Origin: a virus
Taxonomy: Duplodnaviria > Caudoviricetes
Length of the DNA: 29,931 bases
Virus record (IMG/VR): IMGVR_UViG_3300033446_000004
Span: 1 to 29,931 of that record
Direction: 5' to 3' (one strand)
The translations under genes and the position numbers were made by a program. Numbering within the stretch: the stretch's first letter is position 1; each line of letters opens with the position of its first letter. The notes beneath the pieces were generated by a model, which saw only the letters and a list, made by a program, of their open reading frames with translations, made no database searches and was not told the origin of the DNA. Shown here piece after piece: positions 1 through 9,266 of the stretch.

Positions 1-220
1 ATATACTTTACTCCAAAAATCAACACCTAAAATCCCTAATGCGTATGAGGCACGAATAGTATTAAACCTTTATTGCAATAGGGATTGAAACGTTATCGTT
101 TTATTGTTAGCATTAGATATGCTTATTGGAAAAGATTTGACAAAGGAAAATCCATTTACTATTAGCATACCTTATGCAAACAGTAAAAGGATATAAGCGT
201 AAAGCCTGGCAATTGCCAAA

Positions 221-1876
221 CTATTTATAAACATTGGGCAAAGATATTCGAGAGTATATCTCATCAACTCTATAATTATTGCAACCAATGAAAAGAGTAT
301 CCCAAGCATCGCCACCATCTGTACGAAATTCGGCAGGATCTTCAGGCGTGTCAGGTTTCTTTTCGCCTGACTTATCTTTCCCCCAACCATTAAGCCCAAC
401 GCTTGTACCTGTTTGCTCCATGCCCTGCAATAGTATCTCATTGTTTGGCTGGTTGAATAATGGGAATAGGTTACGACTGCCCTTCAATGCGTCATCAATC
501 TCTTTGTGCTTTTCATTATGTTTCATTGGTTGTCCGATATATGTATCAGTAACGTACCAACCTCTATTAGTCAATACTCTTATTATTGTTTCAAAAAATG
601 CTTCAGTTGAGTTCCCACTCTTTCCTTGAGTAAATGTAGAATCATAATAAAAGATAACTTCTTTGTTGGGCAATGGCTCGTAATAGTCAGCAAATTCATT
701 GCATAGCTCTGTGAGCATTCGTGGGTGTTTAACAAAGAAAGATTTCAATGTTCGTAACTTATTCTTTTCGTAGTCAGGCTGCCCAACAATGCACCAATTG
801 ATATTAATATTGGTGTCAAATGCGATACATAAAGGTCTATCAACATTAATATCTGTATCTTGCGAACAATCATAAACATGTTCCGTTGCTGATTTCCAAT
901 CTATATCGCCGTAACCTGTTCTGAAAGAATTCAAATAACTATTATCATAAGATTGATAATAATGAATTTTATCATTTAATGCAGCATAAAATCCGCCTTC
1001 TGTGTTCTTCATACGCTGCGATAAAAGAGCAGTCATAAATATAAATTTAGGCAAATTTCTATACATATCTTCAATGTACCTTTCTCCTACTATTTCAAGA
1101 TTATCAAGAATGTCAAAAACAACAAATAATGATAATTCTTTTCGATATAAATTCAATTCATTTGTTAGTGCTTTTATTTTATTTTGATACCAAACACTTT
1201 CACTCCCTAACGATTTGGCTTCATAAATAGAATAAATAATAGCTTCAATTAAACAAAGCAATTCTTTATCCATCTTAGATTCTTCCTCAAGCATCCATAA
1301 GCCACGCTTATTTGTAGGCATATCCGAAACCATCGTATATCCTGTATGCCAAGGGCAATCTTTAAAATATACTAATCCCGAATTTGCAGGAATAGTTTCA
1401 TTTAATAATTTTTCACGATTCAATGTTTTTACCTCATCTGCAATCCAATAATCTAATGTTAAAGAATTTGAAGAAAAAGGAATATCTTGAGATATAATAG
1501 GATTTACTGACCCGTTATACCAATGAATATAATAATCCCAAGCAGACGCTGAACGTGGTTTTATATATGGGTCTTTAAATCCTGAACCTTTTGGTGCTTG
1601 CCGTCCAACATAATAATGCTCACGTTCATGATAGCCTAGTCTATCTAATGCATGTAAAGTTGCGGGCAAAGTTCTTGTAAGAACTTGTTTATAAGTTTGC
1701 CCAACAATTGCACCCGATGACCTCGGCATTGCTTGAATATTGCGTAATAAAGTTGGCATTATAATTCCTTCAGACTTACCAAATCTTCGAGATGCAATAA
1801 CTGTCAAGTTGCGTGGTGCAATTTGCCAAACATATTGCTGTGCAGCATTCATGTAAAATTTCTTAGTCTTGCTCAT
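221..1876 (-). CDS. terL: Terminase large subunit
   Basis: 551 aa; Walker A-like ASRRFGKS, Walker B WIADE, C-terminal RNase H-like nuclease acidic motifs (IAFD...DGGDAWD); next to head genes. Confidence 0.88.
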   Translation of the reverse strand: MSKTKKFYMNAAQQYVWQIAPRNLTVIASRRFGKSEGIIMPTLLRNIQAMPRSSGAIVGQTYKQVLTRTLPATLHALDRLGYHEREHYYVGRQAPKGSGFKDPYIKPRSASAWDYYIHWYNGSVNPIISQDIPFSSNSLTLDYWIADEVKTLNREKLLNETIPANSGLVYFKDCPWHTGYTMVSDMPTNKRGLWMLEEESKMDKELLCLIEAIIYSIYEAKSLGSESVWYQNKIKALTNELNLYRKELSLFVVFDILDNLEIVGERYIEDMYRNLPKFIFMTALLSQRMKNTEGGFYAALNDKIHYYQSYDNSYLNSFRTGYGDIDWKSATEHVYDCSQDTDINVDRPLCIAFDTNININWCIVGQPDYEKNKLRTLKSFFVKHPRMLTELCNEFADYYEPLPNKEVIFYYDSTFTQGKSGNSTEAFFETIIRVLTNRGWYVTDTYIGQPMKHNEKHKEIDDALKGSRNLFPLFNQPNNEILLQGMEQTGTSVGLNGWGKDKSGEKKPDTPEDPAEFRTDGGDAWDTLFIGCNNYRVDEIYSRISLPNVYK

Positions 1877-2447
1877 CTTCTTTTATTATTTCAACGTCCA
1901 AAATTTTATTATCGATTCCGTATTTTTTACGCAATTTATCTTTCAATTCCTGCAAGTTTTTCATTGGTTTTATGCCTAAAACAGTTGGATCAGAAGTAAT
2001 TTCAGGATAAAATGGGATTATATCTTCAAAAGGCGGTGCAATAACATCTTCTTTGTCGGTTAAATTATGTTTCCCTATAATATTTAAGAGAAAACCCATT
2101 GTATAAGCATCTCCCTTTCCTGCTGCAACTTGGTAAGCTAATTTAGCATTTTCAACAATAAAATACCTGGTCCAAGTTTTTTTCGCATCACCGTTCGGGT
2201 CTTTTTCACTTGCAATCATACGCTCGATAATTGAAATATCATTGCAAACCTGAGGGAAGGAAATAAATTGATACTTCTTTTGAACCAATCTATATAATTG
2301 AATATCCTGTATCATCAAATTATTCAATTTTTCTTCCATGATATACAGAAGTCGCTCTCTATAAATATTTTCCTTTTCATCTAAAACAATATTAGAATCC
2401 TTTGAAAAACTTTCAATTATCCTTTGGATTACTGCTTTTTTAGGCAT
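1863..2447 (-). CDS. Hypothetical packaging-module protein (possible terminase small subunit component)
   Basis: 194 aa helical ORF overlapping the terL start; assignment by position only. Confidence 0.5.
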   Translation of the reverse strand: MPKKAVIQRIIESFSKDSNIVLDEKENIYRERLLYIMEEKLNNLMIQDIQLYRLVQKKYQFISFPQVCNDISIIERMIASEKDPNGDAKKTWTRYFIVENAKLAYQVAAGKGDAYTMGFLLNIIGKHNLTDKEDVIAPPFEDIIPFYPEITSDPTVLGIKPMKNLQELKDKLRKKYGIDNKILDVEIIKEDEQD

Positions 2448-2727
2448 TTGTTATTTCATTTAATTTTTGATTATTAATCAATTTTAAAGCTTCAATTTGA
2501 GCAACTGCACTGCCGAACTTTGCCATTTTTATAATTTCTTCTCTTATTTCACATTCTGAGATTAATTTACCTCTTTGATAAGATTTATATATTTCAGAAT
2601 AGCAGTCTGTTACTTCACTTTTGAACGTTTCTATTGATATTTTTAATAAAATTGCAATTTCTTTATAAGAAAAAAATAAATTGGCATATTTTTCAATGTC
2701 TGCAAGCTGTTCGTCTGATAAATTCAT
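2440..2727 (-). CDS. Small HTH-like protein, candidate terminase small subunit
   Basis: 95 aa; HTH-like segment FSYKEIAILLKISIETF; overlaps its neighbours upstream of terL. Confidence 0.5.
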   Translation of the reverse strand: MNLSDEQLADIEKYANLFFSYKEIAILLKISIETFKSEVTDCYSEIYKSYQRGKLISECEIREEIIKMAKFGSAVAQIEALKLINNQKLNEITNA

Positions 2728-3229
2728 TCTTTTTAATTATTGTTTTTTCATTAAATAGTTTTTCTATATTTTCTTTATAAATATGATAAATATCATGTTT
2801 TGTGCAAACAATACCCGATTCGTCGGAATAATTAACAGTTGCATTTGCAGATTGATTTACCATTATTTTATAATTATCATTTTCGATTATCATAATTTTA
2901 GAATGATTATTATTCAATGCAATTTTATTTATAACATTACTTGAAAAATATAATAAATCAACCTTATTCCTTTTTACTGAATAGTTTAATAATAAATCAA
3001 TAGAGCTTATATAATCGGCTTCGATAGCTTTTTTAATTGTTCTGATAGTAATATCAGAAATTGAATAAGAAGTTAAAATAACTTTTGCTTTCCCTGTTAT
3101 TGAAAGAATATAAAGAAGCAATTCATAACTGCTCCATTGCCCTTCTGTAAAATAGTGAGTGTAATCGGCTGTTAAATCACCAATTTTATTTTGAATTATT
3201 TTATATTTTTTAAAATCAAATAACTTCAT
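2693..3229 (-). CDS. Phospholipase D-family (single HKD-like motif) nuclease
   Basis: NHSKIMIIEN...QSANAT...E resembles HxK(x4)D/E...GSxN...E of PLD/Nuc nucleases. Confidence 0.7.
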   Translation of the reverse strand: MKLFDFKKYKIIQNKIGDLTADYTHYFTEGQWSSYELLLYILSITGKAKVILTSYSISDITIRTIKKAIEADYISSIDLLLNYSVKRNKVDLLYFSSNVINKIALNNNHSKIMIIENDNYKIMVNQSANATVNYSDESGIVCTKHDIYHIYKENIEKLFNEKTIIKKNEFIRRTACRH

Positions 3230-3716
3230 CGAATTTATCTATTATTTGCCATAATGCAGCCTTTTCATCATCAAGTTTAACCAGCATTACTGCTAAATTT
3301 TGTAATTCATCACCTTCTTTTGTTAATTTCAATTTCGCATGCAATGTTTTCATTTCATTATTTATTCTTGATATATCAATAAAAGCCTTTTTCTTCAATA
3401 GAAAAAGGCTTTCATCGTTATTAAAATATTGTTTTTCCTTGTAAGAAAGTTCTGAGTAATTATAAATTAAGAACTTATTCGTTAAAGAATTAATTCTTAG
3501 GATATTATCCCCTTTATTTTCTTCTGTTTTAAGTTGGGATCTTCGATTATCTTTACCGATTCCGTTACTGGTTCCGTTATTGTTTCCGTCACTGGTTCCG
3601 TTATTGTTTCCGTTTCCTGTTCCGTTATTGTTTCCGTTTCCGAGGTTGTCGTTTCCGGATCTGAGGTTGTTTCTACTTTCGTTTCTGCTTCCAATATCGA
3701 AACAATCTCTTCCTTT
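3216..3716 (-). CDS. -1 frame extension of the 3497..3916 gene (track lists only 3216..3398)
   Basis: Frame read by hand is stop-free from 3722 to the stop at 3216-3218, with no ATG upstream of 3398; opens at the A10G run. Confidence 0.6.
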   Translation of the reverse strand, partial: KGRDCFDIGSRNESRNNLRSGNDNLGNGNNNGTGNGNNNGTSDGNNNGTSNGIGKDNRRSQLKTEENKGDNILRINSLTNKFLIYNYSELSYKEKQYFNNDESLFLLKKKAFIDISRINNEMKTLHAKLKLTKEGDELQNLAVMLVKLDDEKAALWQIIDKFDEVI

Positions 3717-3916
3717 TTTTTTTCAAATTGAGAAAGATAATTCAATCGATTTTCCAACATTTTAAATTCTAAAGAACCGATTTTTGAATCTTTTTTTTGT
3801 TCAAAAAAATTCAACCATTTTTTTGAATCCTCAAATGGATTTAATCGGAAATTATTTTTATATAACTCCAATCCTTCTTCAAAGGTTCTATCAGGGTTTT
3901 TAATAAAATTTTTCAT
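3497..3916 (-). CDS. Hypothetical protein with Glu/Thr-rich repeats, possible tail assembly chaperone-like frameshifting gene
   Basis: 139 aa with TETITEPV-type repeats; follows the tail-tube-like gene; contains A AAA AAG. Confidence 0.7.
   Translation of the reverse strand: MKNFIKNPDRTFEEGLELYKNNFRLNPFEDSKKWLNFFEQKKDSKIGSLEFKMLENRLNYLSQFEKKKEEIVSILEAETKVETTSDPETTTSETETITEQETETITEPVTETITEPVTESVKIIEDPNLKQKKIKGIIS
3561..3656. repeat. Coding tandem repeat, ~24-bp unit (GTTCCGTTATTGTTTCCGT...)
   Basis: Three clear copies of TTCCGTTATTGTTTCCGT plus degenerate flanks. Confidence 0.85.
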
Positions 3917-3928
3917 AATAATAAATTT

Positions 3929-3965
3929 AAAAATAAGTAAGCACCTTTTCAGTCAGTGCTTACTT
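3929..3965 (-). terminator. Hairpin, probable intrinsic terminator after the tail-tube-like gene
   Basis: AAGTAAGCAC (3935-3944) / GTGCTTACTT (3956-3965), T-rich flanks on both strands. Confidence 0.6.
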
Positions 3966-4013
3966 TTTCAGAATAAAAAATAAAAGAAAGTATAAATCTA
4001 AAATCGCCAAAAG

Positions 4014-4958
4014 TTAGCTGAAGAATCCGTCAGTGATGACGTAAGTAGTTGCACCTGTTTTTGTTACTTCAAACCATTCGCCTGCTGCATTCAATAAAGC
4101 TGTTCCCGAGAAAGCTCCTGTAAATGCTACGCTTTGAGCAGAAGAAGAATCAAATTCAACTCTTGCAACGTCGCCATTTACCATATTATTAAAAGCAGAT
4201 ATAGTTTTAGCTCCTGTGTTTGCTCCAACAACAAATCGTTTACCCAAAGAATAATCAATAGTTGTGGCATCAATAGCCATTCTATAAGGTGCATATAAAA
4301 CCGTAGTGTCAGTAACAATTGCTCCTGAATAAATCATTGGAGGTCTGCAACCTGCGGATTCAATCTCAAAAGTAATTCCTTTGGTATCTCCAAAAGCTTT
4401 ACCAGAGTCTTCAGAACCGGATATTGTTGCAGGAATATCAACTGAGCCAACAACTCGCATTTGACCGCCTGCACTAAATTCTTTAATTATAACCACACAA
4501 TCTCTGTCTTTCAAAATAGCTGACATTCCTAATGCCTCAGCTGTAGTTCGAGGATGAAAGGCTGTTGCCTTGTGTCTAAAAAATTTGCCATCAGTAGCTC
4601 CTTCAATAGCAGCAGTAAGCTGTCCCATTTCTTTTGTAGAATATAAAGTTGTCCAATATTTATTTGCTTTCAAAGTAAAATCCCCGACATAAGTAACCAC
4701 AGATGCCGTTGTCGTAGGTGCTGCTATTGATGGGAATGACTCAATATCATTTATATCTATAATATAAACAATTGAAGCAACTCCAGCCATATTGCAACCG
4801 GAAGTTTTATTAAGATTTATAAAAGGAACGGACATCGCTGTAACGCCCGCCGTAGAAAAGAAAATTCCCCCTAAAGAAGTATCAATTATAATTCCTACAA
4901 ATAACACTAAAAGCGTTATCAATATATTTTTTGAGGTAAAACCTAAAATATTTTTCAT
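4014..4958 (-). CDS. Virion structural protein, probable major tail tube protein with C-terminal beta-rich extension
   Basis: 314 aa, Gly/Thr/Ala-rich beta pattern; directly after the capsid gene; hydrophobic ~40 aa leader. Confidence 0.55.
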   Translation of the reverse strand: MKNILGFTSKNILITLLVLFVGIIIDTSLGGIFFSTAGVTAMSVPFINLNKTSGCNMAGVASIVYIIDINDIESFPSIAAPTTTASVVTYVGDFTLKANKYWTTLYSTKEMGQLTAAIEGATDGKFFRHKATAFHPRTTAEALGMSAILKDRDCVVIIKEFSAGGQMRVVGSVDIPATISGSEDSGKAFGDTKGITFEIESAGCRPPMIYSGAIVTDTTVLYAPYRMAIDATTIDYSLGKRFVVGANTGAKTISAFNNMVNGDVARVEFDSSSAQSVAFTGAFSGTALLNAAGEWFEVTKTGATTYVITDGFFS

Positions 4959-4985
4959 TTGATTAATTTTTTTAAAAATTTGAAT

Positions 4986-5014
4986 AAAAAAAGAAAGAAA
5001 GCGGTCGGAACCGC
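4986..5014 (-). terminator. Intrinsic terminator after the major capsid gene
   Basis: Minus strand GCGGT-TCCG-ACCGC followed by TTTCTTTCTTTTTTT. Confidence 0.7.
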
Positions 5015-5024
5015 AATCTTATAA

Positions 5025-6053
5025 TTAAGCTGAGTAATCACCTGCCATTGAAGCTCCCACAGCTGTTCCATCATTAATAAGAAATTCCTTTTTATGAACA
5101 GAAGCAATACGAGTTCCAAAACCAGCCTGCAACCAAAATTGCATGATGTTTGGATCTTCATAAGGCGCACGAACTTGAATAAATTCCTTGTCGGTTGTTG
5201 TGTCCATCCCAAAATGAAAATTTCCCGGAACTGTCAAAATCATTCTGTCTCCTGTTCCAAACATGTGAGAAACAACAATAGTTACGTTTGCTTGAGCTTT
5301 TTCGTTTAAGTACAATTGAACTGCATTTAAGTCCCATTGTTTAGATTTCATCTTATTTTCCAAAGAATCAACCAAGTGCATATAAGTACTTTGCGTTAAC
5401 ATAAGTACACCTCTTTTTTTCAAAAAAGTATCAGCCGCTCTAACAAAATCCACAACTTGTTTAATTGCAATAGTGTCAGCATCATTTATCGGAGCAACAA
5501 TTGCTCCTGTATTAAATCGATTTCCACTTGCAGCTGCAATTTCAACAGCAGTTATTAAAGCATCGATTTTTGTGTTAAAACCGTCAAAACAACCGAGCGG
5601 ATTTCTAACAGCTATGTTATATTCTGAAAAAAACATTGCGTCAAGAATATCCTCGGCAGCAGTAATAACAACATTACTTGTAATTAAGTTCTTGAAAGGA
5701 TGTTCTTTTGTCTGATTTTGAGCATCGCCTGCCATAGGTTTATTTAAAAGCTTTTTCCCTTGATAATTTTTGATAGAATCTTTCATTGAAATTACTGATT
5801 TTTTTGTTTCCAATGAACGCTCTTTAAATCTTAAAAAATCGGCTGAATAATCCAAATTTGCAGGGTCGTAAGGTTTCAAAAGTCCGCCTTTTCTTAGCAT
5901 TTGAGTCATTACATCAATTCCTGCAACCTCCATGAGTTGAATTCCAACTTTCGCAAGTTCAGGAGCAAGAACAAAGTACGGAAGTGTTCTTAATTGGGGC
6001 TGGTAGGTTTTCGCTTCTTGCGAAATTCCTGCTATTGTTAATACATCTGGCAT
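5025..6053 (-). CDS. Major capsid protein (probable)
   Basis: 342 aa; follows protease and scaffold-like genes and precedes a terminator; size and position typical of HK97-fold capsids. Confidence 0.75.
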   Translation of the reverse strand: MPDVLTIAGISQEAKTYQPQLRTLPYFVLAPELAKVGIQLMEVAGIDVMTQMLRKGGLLKPYDPANLDYSADFLRFKERSLETKKSVISMKDSIKNYQGKKLLNKPMAGDAQNQTKEHPFKNLITSNVVITAAEDILDAMFFSEYNIAVRNPLGCFDGFNTKIDALITAVEIAAASGNRFNTGAIVAPINDADTIAIKQVVDFVRAADTFLKKRGVLMLTQSTYMHLVDSLENKMKSKQWDLNAVQLYLNEKAQANVTIVVSHMFGTGDRMILTVPGNFHFGMDTTTDKEFIQVRAPYEDPNIMQFWLQAGFGTRIASVHKKEFLINDGTAVGASMAGDYSA

Positions 6054-6062
6054 AAAATATAA

Positions 6063-6428
6063 TTATTTTCTATTTAAAGCTTGAGTTAATTTTTCGAGTT
6101 GTTCTACAATTGAACCTGTTCCAAGGTCAATCATACAAGGATCTACATCGGTATTTCCGTCAGTTTCTTTAACTGCAACTGCGGTTGCTGCACCGGGAGT
6201 TTTTCTCAATATTGCTATTTCAGCTTTTAGCTCTGAATTTTCAGTTGCAAGATTAGCAGCAGCAGTTATTTGTGTTTCCAATTCCGATATTTTAGCTTCG
6301 GCAGCTTCCAAATCAGAAATTATTTTACCTGAAGCTTCCATTTGGGCTTCCGTTAATTGAACATTTGCCATTCCGTCTTTCAACGTAATTTCCAAAAGTC
6401 CCAAAAATGCTAGGAATTTTTTTATCAT
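6063..6428 (-). CDS. Scaffold-like coiled-coil protein
   Basis: 121 aa with central Ala/Glu-rich heptads, between protease and capsid. Confidence 0.6.
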   Translation of the reverse strand: MIKKFLAFLGLLEITLKDGMANVQLTEAQMEASGKIISDLEAAEAKISELETQITAAANLATENSELKAEIAILRKTPGAATAVAVKETDGNTDVDPCMIDLGTGSIVEQLEKLTQALNRK

Positions 6429-6432
6429 GATA

Positions 6433-7290
6433 TTAATATTTAATGGTTTTTATTATTGGTTGGTGAAGTGCGTTTATTCTCTCAACTGCATAATTGAAGT
6501 CGCCAACTTCATCTATTAGTGAGCCTTTCAAGTCTTTTGCAAAAAACATTTTCCCTGTTAATTCTTCTTTCTTAACATTAGGTCTGTTGTTTTTAATAGT
6601 TTCGATAAATAGCTCAGCAATCGGATTTAAAATTTCTTTTTTAATAGCATCATAATTTCCTTCACGAGCGTCTTGAAATGTTTTGTTTTTTTCAGAACTT
6701 TGATCAGCATTTATATTGTGGAATTTCACTCCTTGAGCTTCCAATGCAGGTTGCATATCAGCAAAAGAAATCATAACACCAATTGAGCCTATTTGGTCAT
6801 TCGGCAAACCTGCAATAATTTCATCGCAAGCTGAGCCTATCCACATTGCAGCTGATGCCATCATCCCATCAACAAATGCAACGATAGGTTTTTTGGTTTC
6901 TTTAACAATATTTGCAAGTTGTTCAGTTCCATCAACAGTTCCCCCCGGAGAATCAATTCTTAAAATAATTCCTTTAATGTTTGGATTTGCGTCAGCGTTT
7001 TGAACCCATGCACCTATTTTCTGCATTCCTGCAGCTCCGCACATTTCTGAATATTTTGTTAAAGCTCCAACAATTGGAATTATAGCAATATCTCCTTTTT
7101 GAGAATCTTCAATTTTACCTCTTACAACTCCCGAAGAAGTAACAGCGAATGGAAGAATTTCTTTTGCAGTAATTTCTTCATCAACATTTTTATTGAGAAG
7201 AGAAACAATAAATCCTGACATGCTTGAAGCAGTAATCGGGTCAATTGCCCAAACACCGCGTAAAATTGCTGAAGTCAAAAGGAAGTTCAT
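6433..7290 (-). CDS. S49 (SppA/ClpP-like) prohead protease
   Basis: IDSPGG, MASAAMWI, IGSIGV motifs; start revised to ATG 7290 (MNFLLTS), 285 aa. Confidence 0.92.
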   Translation of the reverse strand: MNFLLTSAILRGVWAIDPITASSMSGFIVSLLNKNVDEEITAKEILPFAVTSSGVVRGKIEDSQKGDIAIIPIVGALTKYSEMCGAAGMQKIGAWVQNADANPNIKGIILRIDSPGGTVDGTEQLANIVKETKKPIVAFVDGMMASAAMWIGSACDEIIAGLPNDQIGSIGVMISFADMQPALEAQGVKFHNINADQSSEKNKTFQDAREGNYDAIKKEILNPIAELFIETIKNNRPNVKKEELTGKMFFAKDLKGSLIDEVGDFNYAVERINALHQPIIKTIKY

Positions 7291-7311
7291 GTAAACAGTA
7301 TTTTGATTATA

Positions 7312-7346
7312 CAATTTTACAATGAAAAAAAAGCGGTGGAAAGGAC
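7312..7346 (-). promoter_or_regulatory. Putative late promoter GTCCTTT-N20-TAAAATTG
   Basis: Same two boxes with the same spacing at 26455-26489; upstream of the head operon. Confidence 0.6.
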
Positions 7347-7359
7347 TGATTTTTAAATG

Positions 7360-7389
7360 AAAAAACCCGTTGGAAATAAATCCAACGGG
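7360..7389 (-). terminator. Intrinsic terminator between middle genes and head operon
   Basis: CCCGTTGGA/TCCAACGGG 9-bp stem followed by a T run on the minus strand. Confidence 0.75.
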
Positions 7390-7419
7390 CGAAACAAACA
7401 AATCAAAAAAAACAAAAAG

Positions 7420-7875
7420 TTAAGATAAAAAAGGTGCAGGATATGTCGATTGTCGCATAAATGAAATATCTCTTTTCGAGGAATAGTCTTGATTTTTAAA
7501 ATCCTCAGAAAAAAAGCATGGATTATCGAGAGTTCCAATAATTTTAGAAAAAGGATTTGAGCAATTTGAAAATTGCATTTTAATAACTAAGGGTTTTTGA
7601 AAAAGAGATTTTAATTGCTGTTGGGTTTCAATTCCATCACCCGGATATGAAAGTTCAACTGACTGAGTAAACAAATCTCCTTCATCTACTGATTTGTGTT
7701 TTTGTGAAAAAACACCTGAGCCTTTTGAAAAATATAATTCAGACCAATCTTTGCCTGATGCAAAAGTTATCGAAGAAGTTCCATCGGGATTTTCGGTTAT
7801 ACTTTCAATATCGGAAAGCTCAGAAAAATAAATTTTCGATATTGCTAAAAAAAGTTTTTCGTTTTTTTGTATCAT
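7420..7875 (-). CDS. Hypothetical protein, apparent paralog of the tail-tube-like protein core
   Basis: Colinear motif similarity to 4014..4958 (see findings). Confidence 0.6.
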   Translation of the reverse strand: MIQKNEKLFLAISKIYFSELSDIESITENPDGTSSITFASGKDWSELYFSKGSGVFSQKHKSVDEGDLFTQSVELSYPGDGIETQQQLKSLFQKPLVIKMQFSNCSNPFSKIIGTLDNPCFFSEDFKNQDYSSKRDISFMRQSTYPAPFLS

Positions 7876-7945
7876 TTTGTTAAGTTATTAATAATCATCA
7901 TTATGGGTAATTTAATTTTTAATTATTTATTGACAATAATAGACT

Positions 7946-8428
7946 TTAACTGGTTGTGTTTGTAAATGAGTATATTAGCTTGCATTTTTCAATATATCTT
8001 GTAAATTTTCGGTAAAATGATTCTAATTTCAAATCATCTTCTGAAATATTATGAATTTTAAAGAATTTTATAATTGCTTCTTTCCTTTGTTCACCTGAAA
8101 GTAATTTGTCTTTTGTGAAAATATAAAAAGCAAACATAATATCAGATTTAATTTGTTTTCTGAACTCTATTGCAGAGTTTCTAGCAATTTTATTATAAAA
8201 ATCTACATTTTTTATTTGATTATATCTTAATTTTATTTTAACAGAATTTTCTTTAAATATTTTTTCATTTACAATATCATATCTATTTGATATTAAATTT
8301 ATCAAAAGTCTATTATACTCATGTTTCCTTGAAAATTCAAGAGGTTCACATTTATTCTGCGAAATAGAAATTAAATATTTTTTTACCCACGGCTGAATAT
8401 TTATTTTAATGCTAATTGGCGATGCCAT
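7946..8428 (-). CDS. Basic hypothetical protein, possible late transcription regulator
   Basis: 160 aa, Lys/Arg-rich, HTH-like C-terminus; upstream TATTTTTG (8450-8457) matches the Bacteroidota -7 element. Confidence 0.5.
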   Translation of the reverse strand: MASPISIKINIQPWVKKYLISISQNKCEPLEFSRKHEYNRLLINLISNRYDIVNEKIFKENSVKIKLRYNQIKNVDFYNKIARNSAIEFRKQIKSDIMFAFYIFTKDKLLSGEQRKEAIIKFFKIHNISEDDLKLESFYRKFTRYIEKCKLIYSFTNTTS

Positions 8429-8554
8429 AATATTTAGTATTTATTTCCACAAAAATATAACTAAATATTTGGGATATACAACATTAAACCAAAAAGATAT
8501 TAAAAAGATAGTAACAATTTATTAATTTATATATTAAAAAGAACATTTAAAATA

Positions 8555-8785
8555 TTAAATGTTCTTTTTGAAATTAATTAAAGGAAATTTATGTTCTGAA
8601 ATTTGAAAAGTTTTAATTTTTTCAAAAGTAATATGATCATAAATAGTCCTTCTTGGCATGCCCATAATATTTGAATAATCCTTTATTGAGACCATTCCCA
8701 AAATCTCCGCACATTCGTGCATGATAACCAAAATATCCTCTTTGGGCAACTTATTTAAGTTTTCTAATTGTCTATCAGTTATCAT
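8555..8785 (-). CDS. Small HTH / excisionase-like DNA-binding protein
   Basis: VSIKDYSNIMGMPRRTIYDHI; start revised to ATG 8785 (76 aa). Confidence 0.6.
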   Translation of the reverse strand: MITDRQLENLNKLPKEDILVIMHECAEILGMVSIKDYSNIMGMPRRTIYDHITFEKIKTFQISEHKFPLINFKKNI

Positions 8786-8816
8786 AATGCACGTTTGTGT
8801 GGCGGTTATAAAATCG

Positions 8817-9221
8817 TTAGCGGTTACTGCAAATTTGATTAAATTGTTTAAAAAAACTTGTTGTTCGTTCTTTGAAAGCATCACAACTTAATTGGATAGA
8901 ATAATTATGAACACAATCACGATTTCCAATTTCAAAAGAACTATTAAAAACAGATAACCATAAATCAAAACCTTGTATTTCCGGTTTGCCGGTTTTGTTA
9001 AAATGATTGATAACTATAAAATATTTTCTATCATCTTGTTTGTAAATATCTTGGTCAAGGTAAATAGATTGTTGAGCAAGTAATTGATAATTTTCAAAAC
9101 TAATTTCGTGATAATACAAGTCAGCATTTTTGGAATAACAAAAACATTTATCAGTAGTTTTTTGAAACTTATTTTCTATCAAATTATTGATAAAATCCTG
9201 AATATCTTCTTTTGATTTCAT
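8817..9221 (-). CDS. Cassette 1 hypothetical protein
   Basis: 134 aa; TAA stop lies inside the AACCGCTAAC core. Confidence 0.8.
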   Translation of the reverse strand: MKSKEDIQDFINNLIENKFQKTTDKCFCYSKNADLYYHEISFENYQLLAQQSIYLDQDIYKQDDRKYFIVINHFNKTGKPEIQGFDLWLSVFNSSFEIGNRDCVHNYSIQLSCDAFKERTTSFFKQFNQICSNR

Positions 9222-9266
9222 ATTATAAATTATTAAATATTAATTAATTGACGAATGATAAAAAAC

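Noticed and set aside
8476-8491. Possible distant left arm (ATACAAC-AT-TAAACC-A) pairing with the half-site at 8799-8822 around the HTH gene
   Set aside because: Needs an indel and lacks the following 3-bp stem; easily chance in AT-rich DNA.
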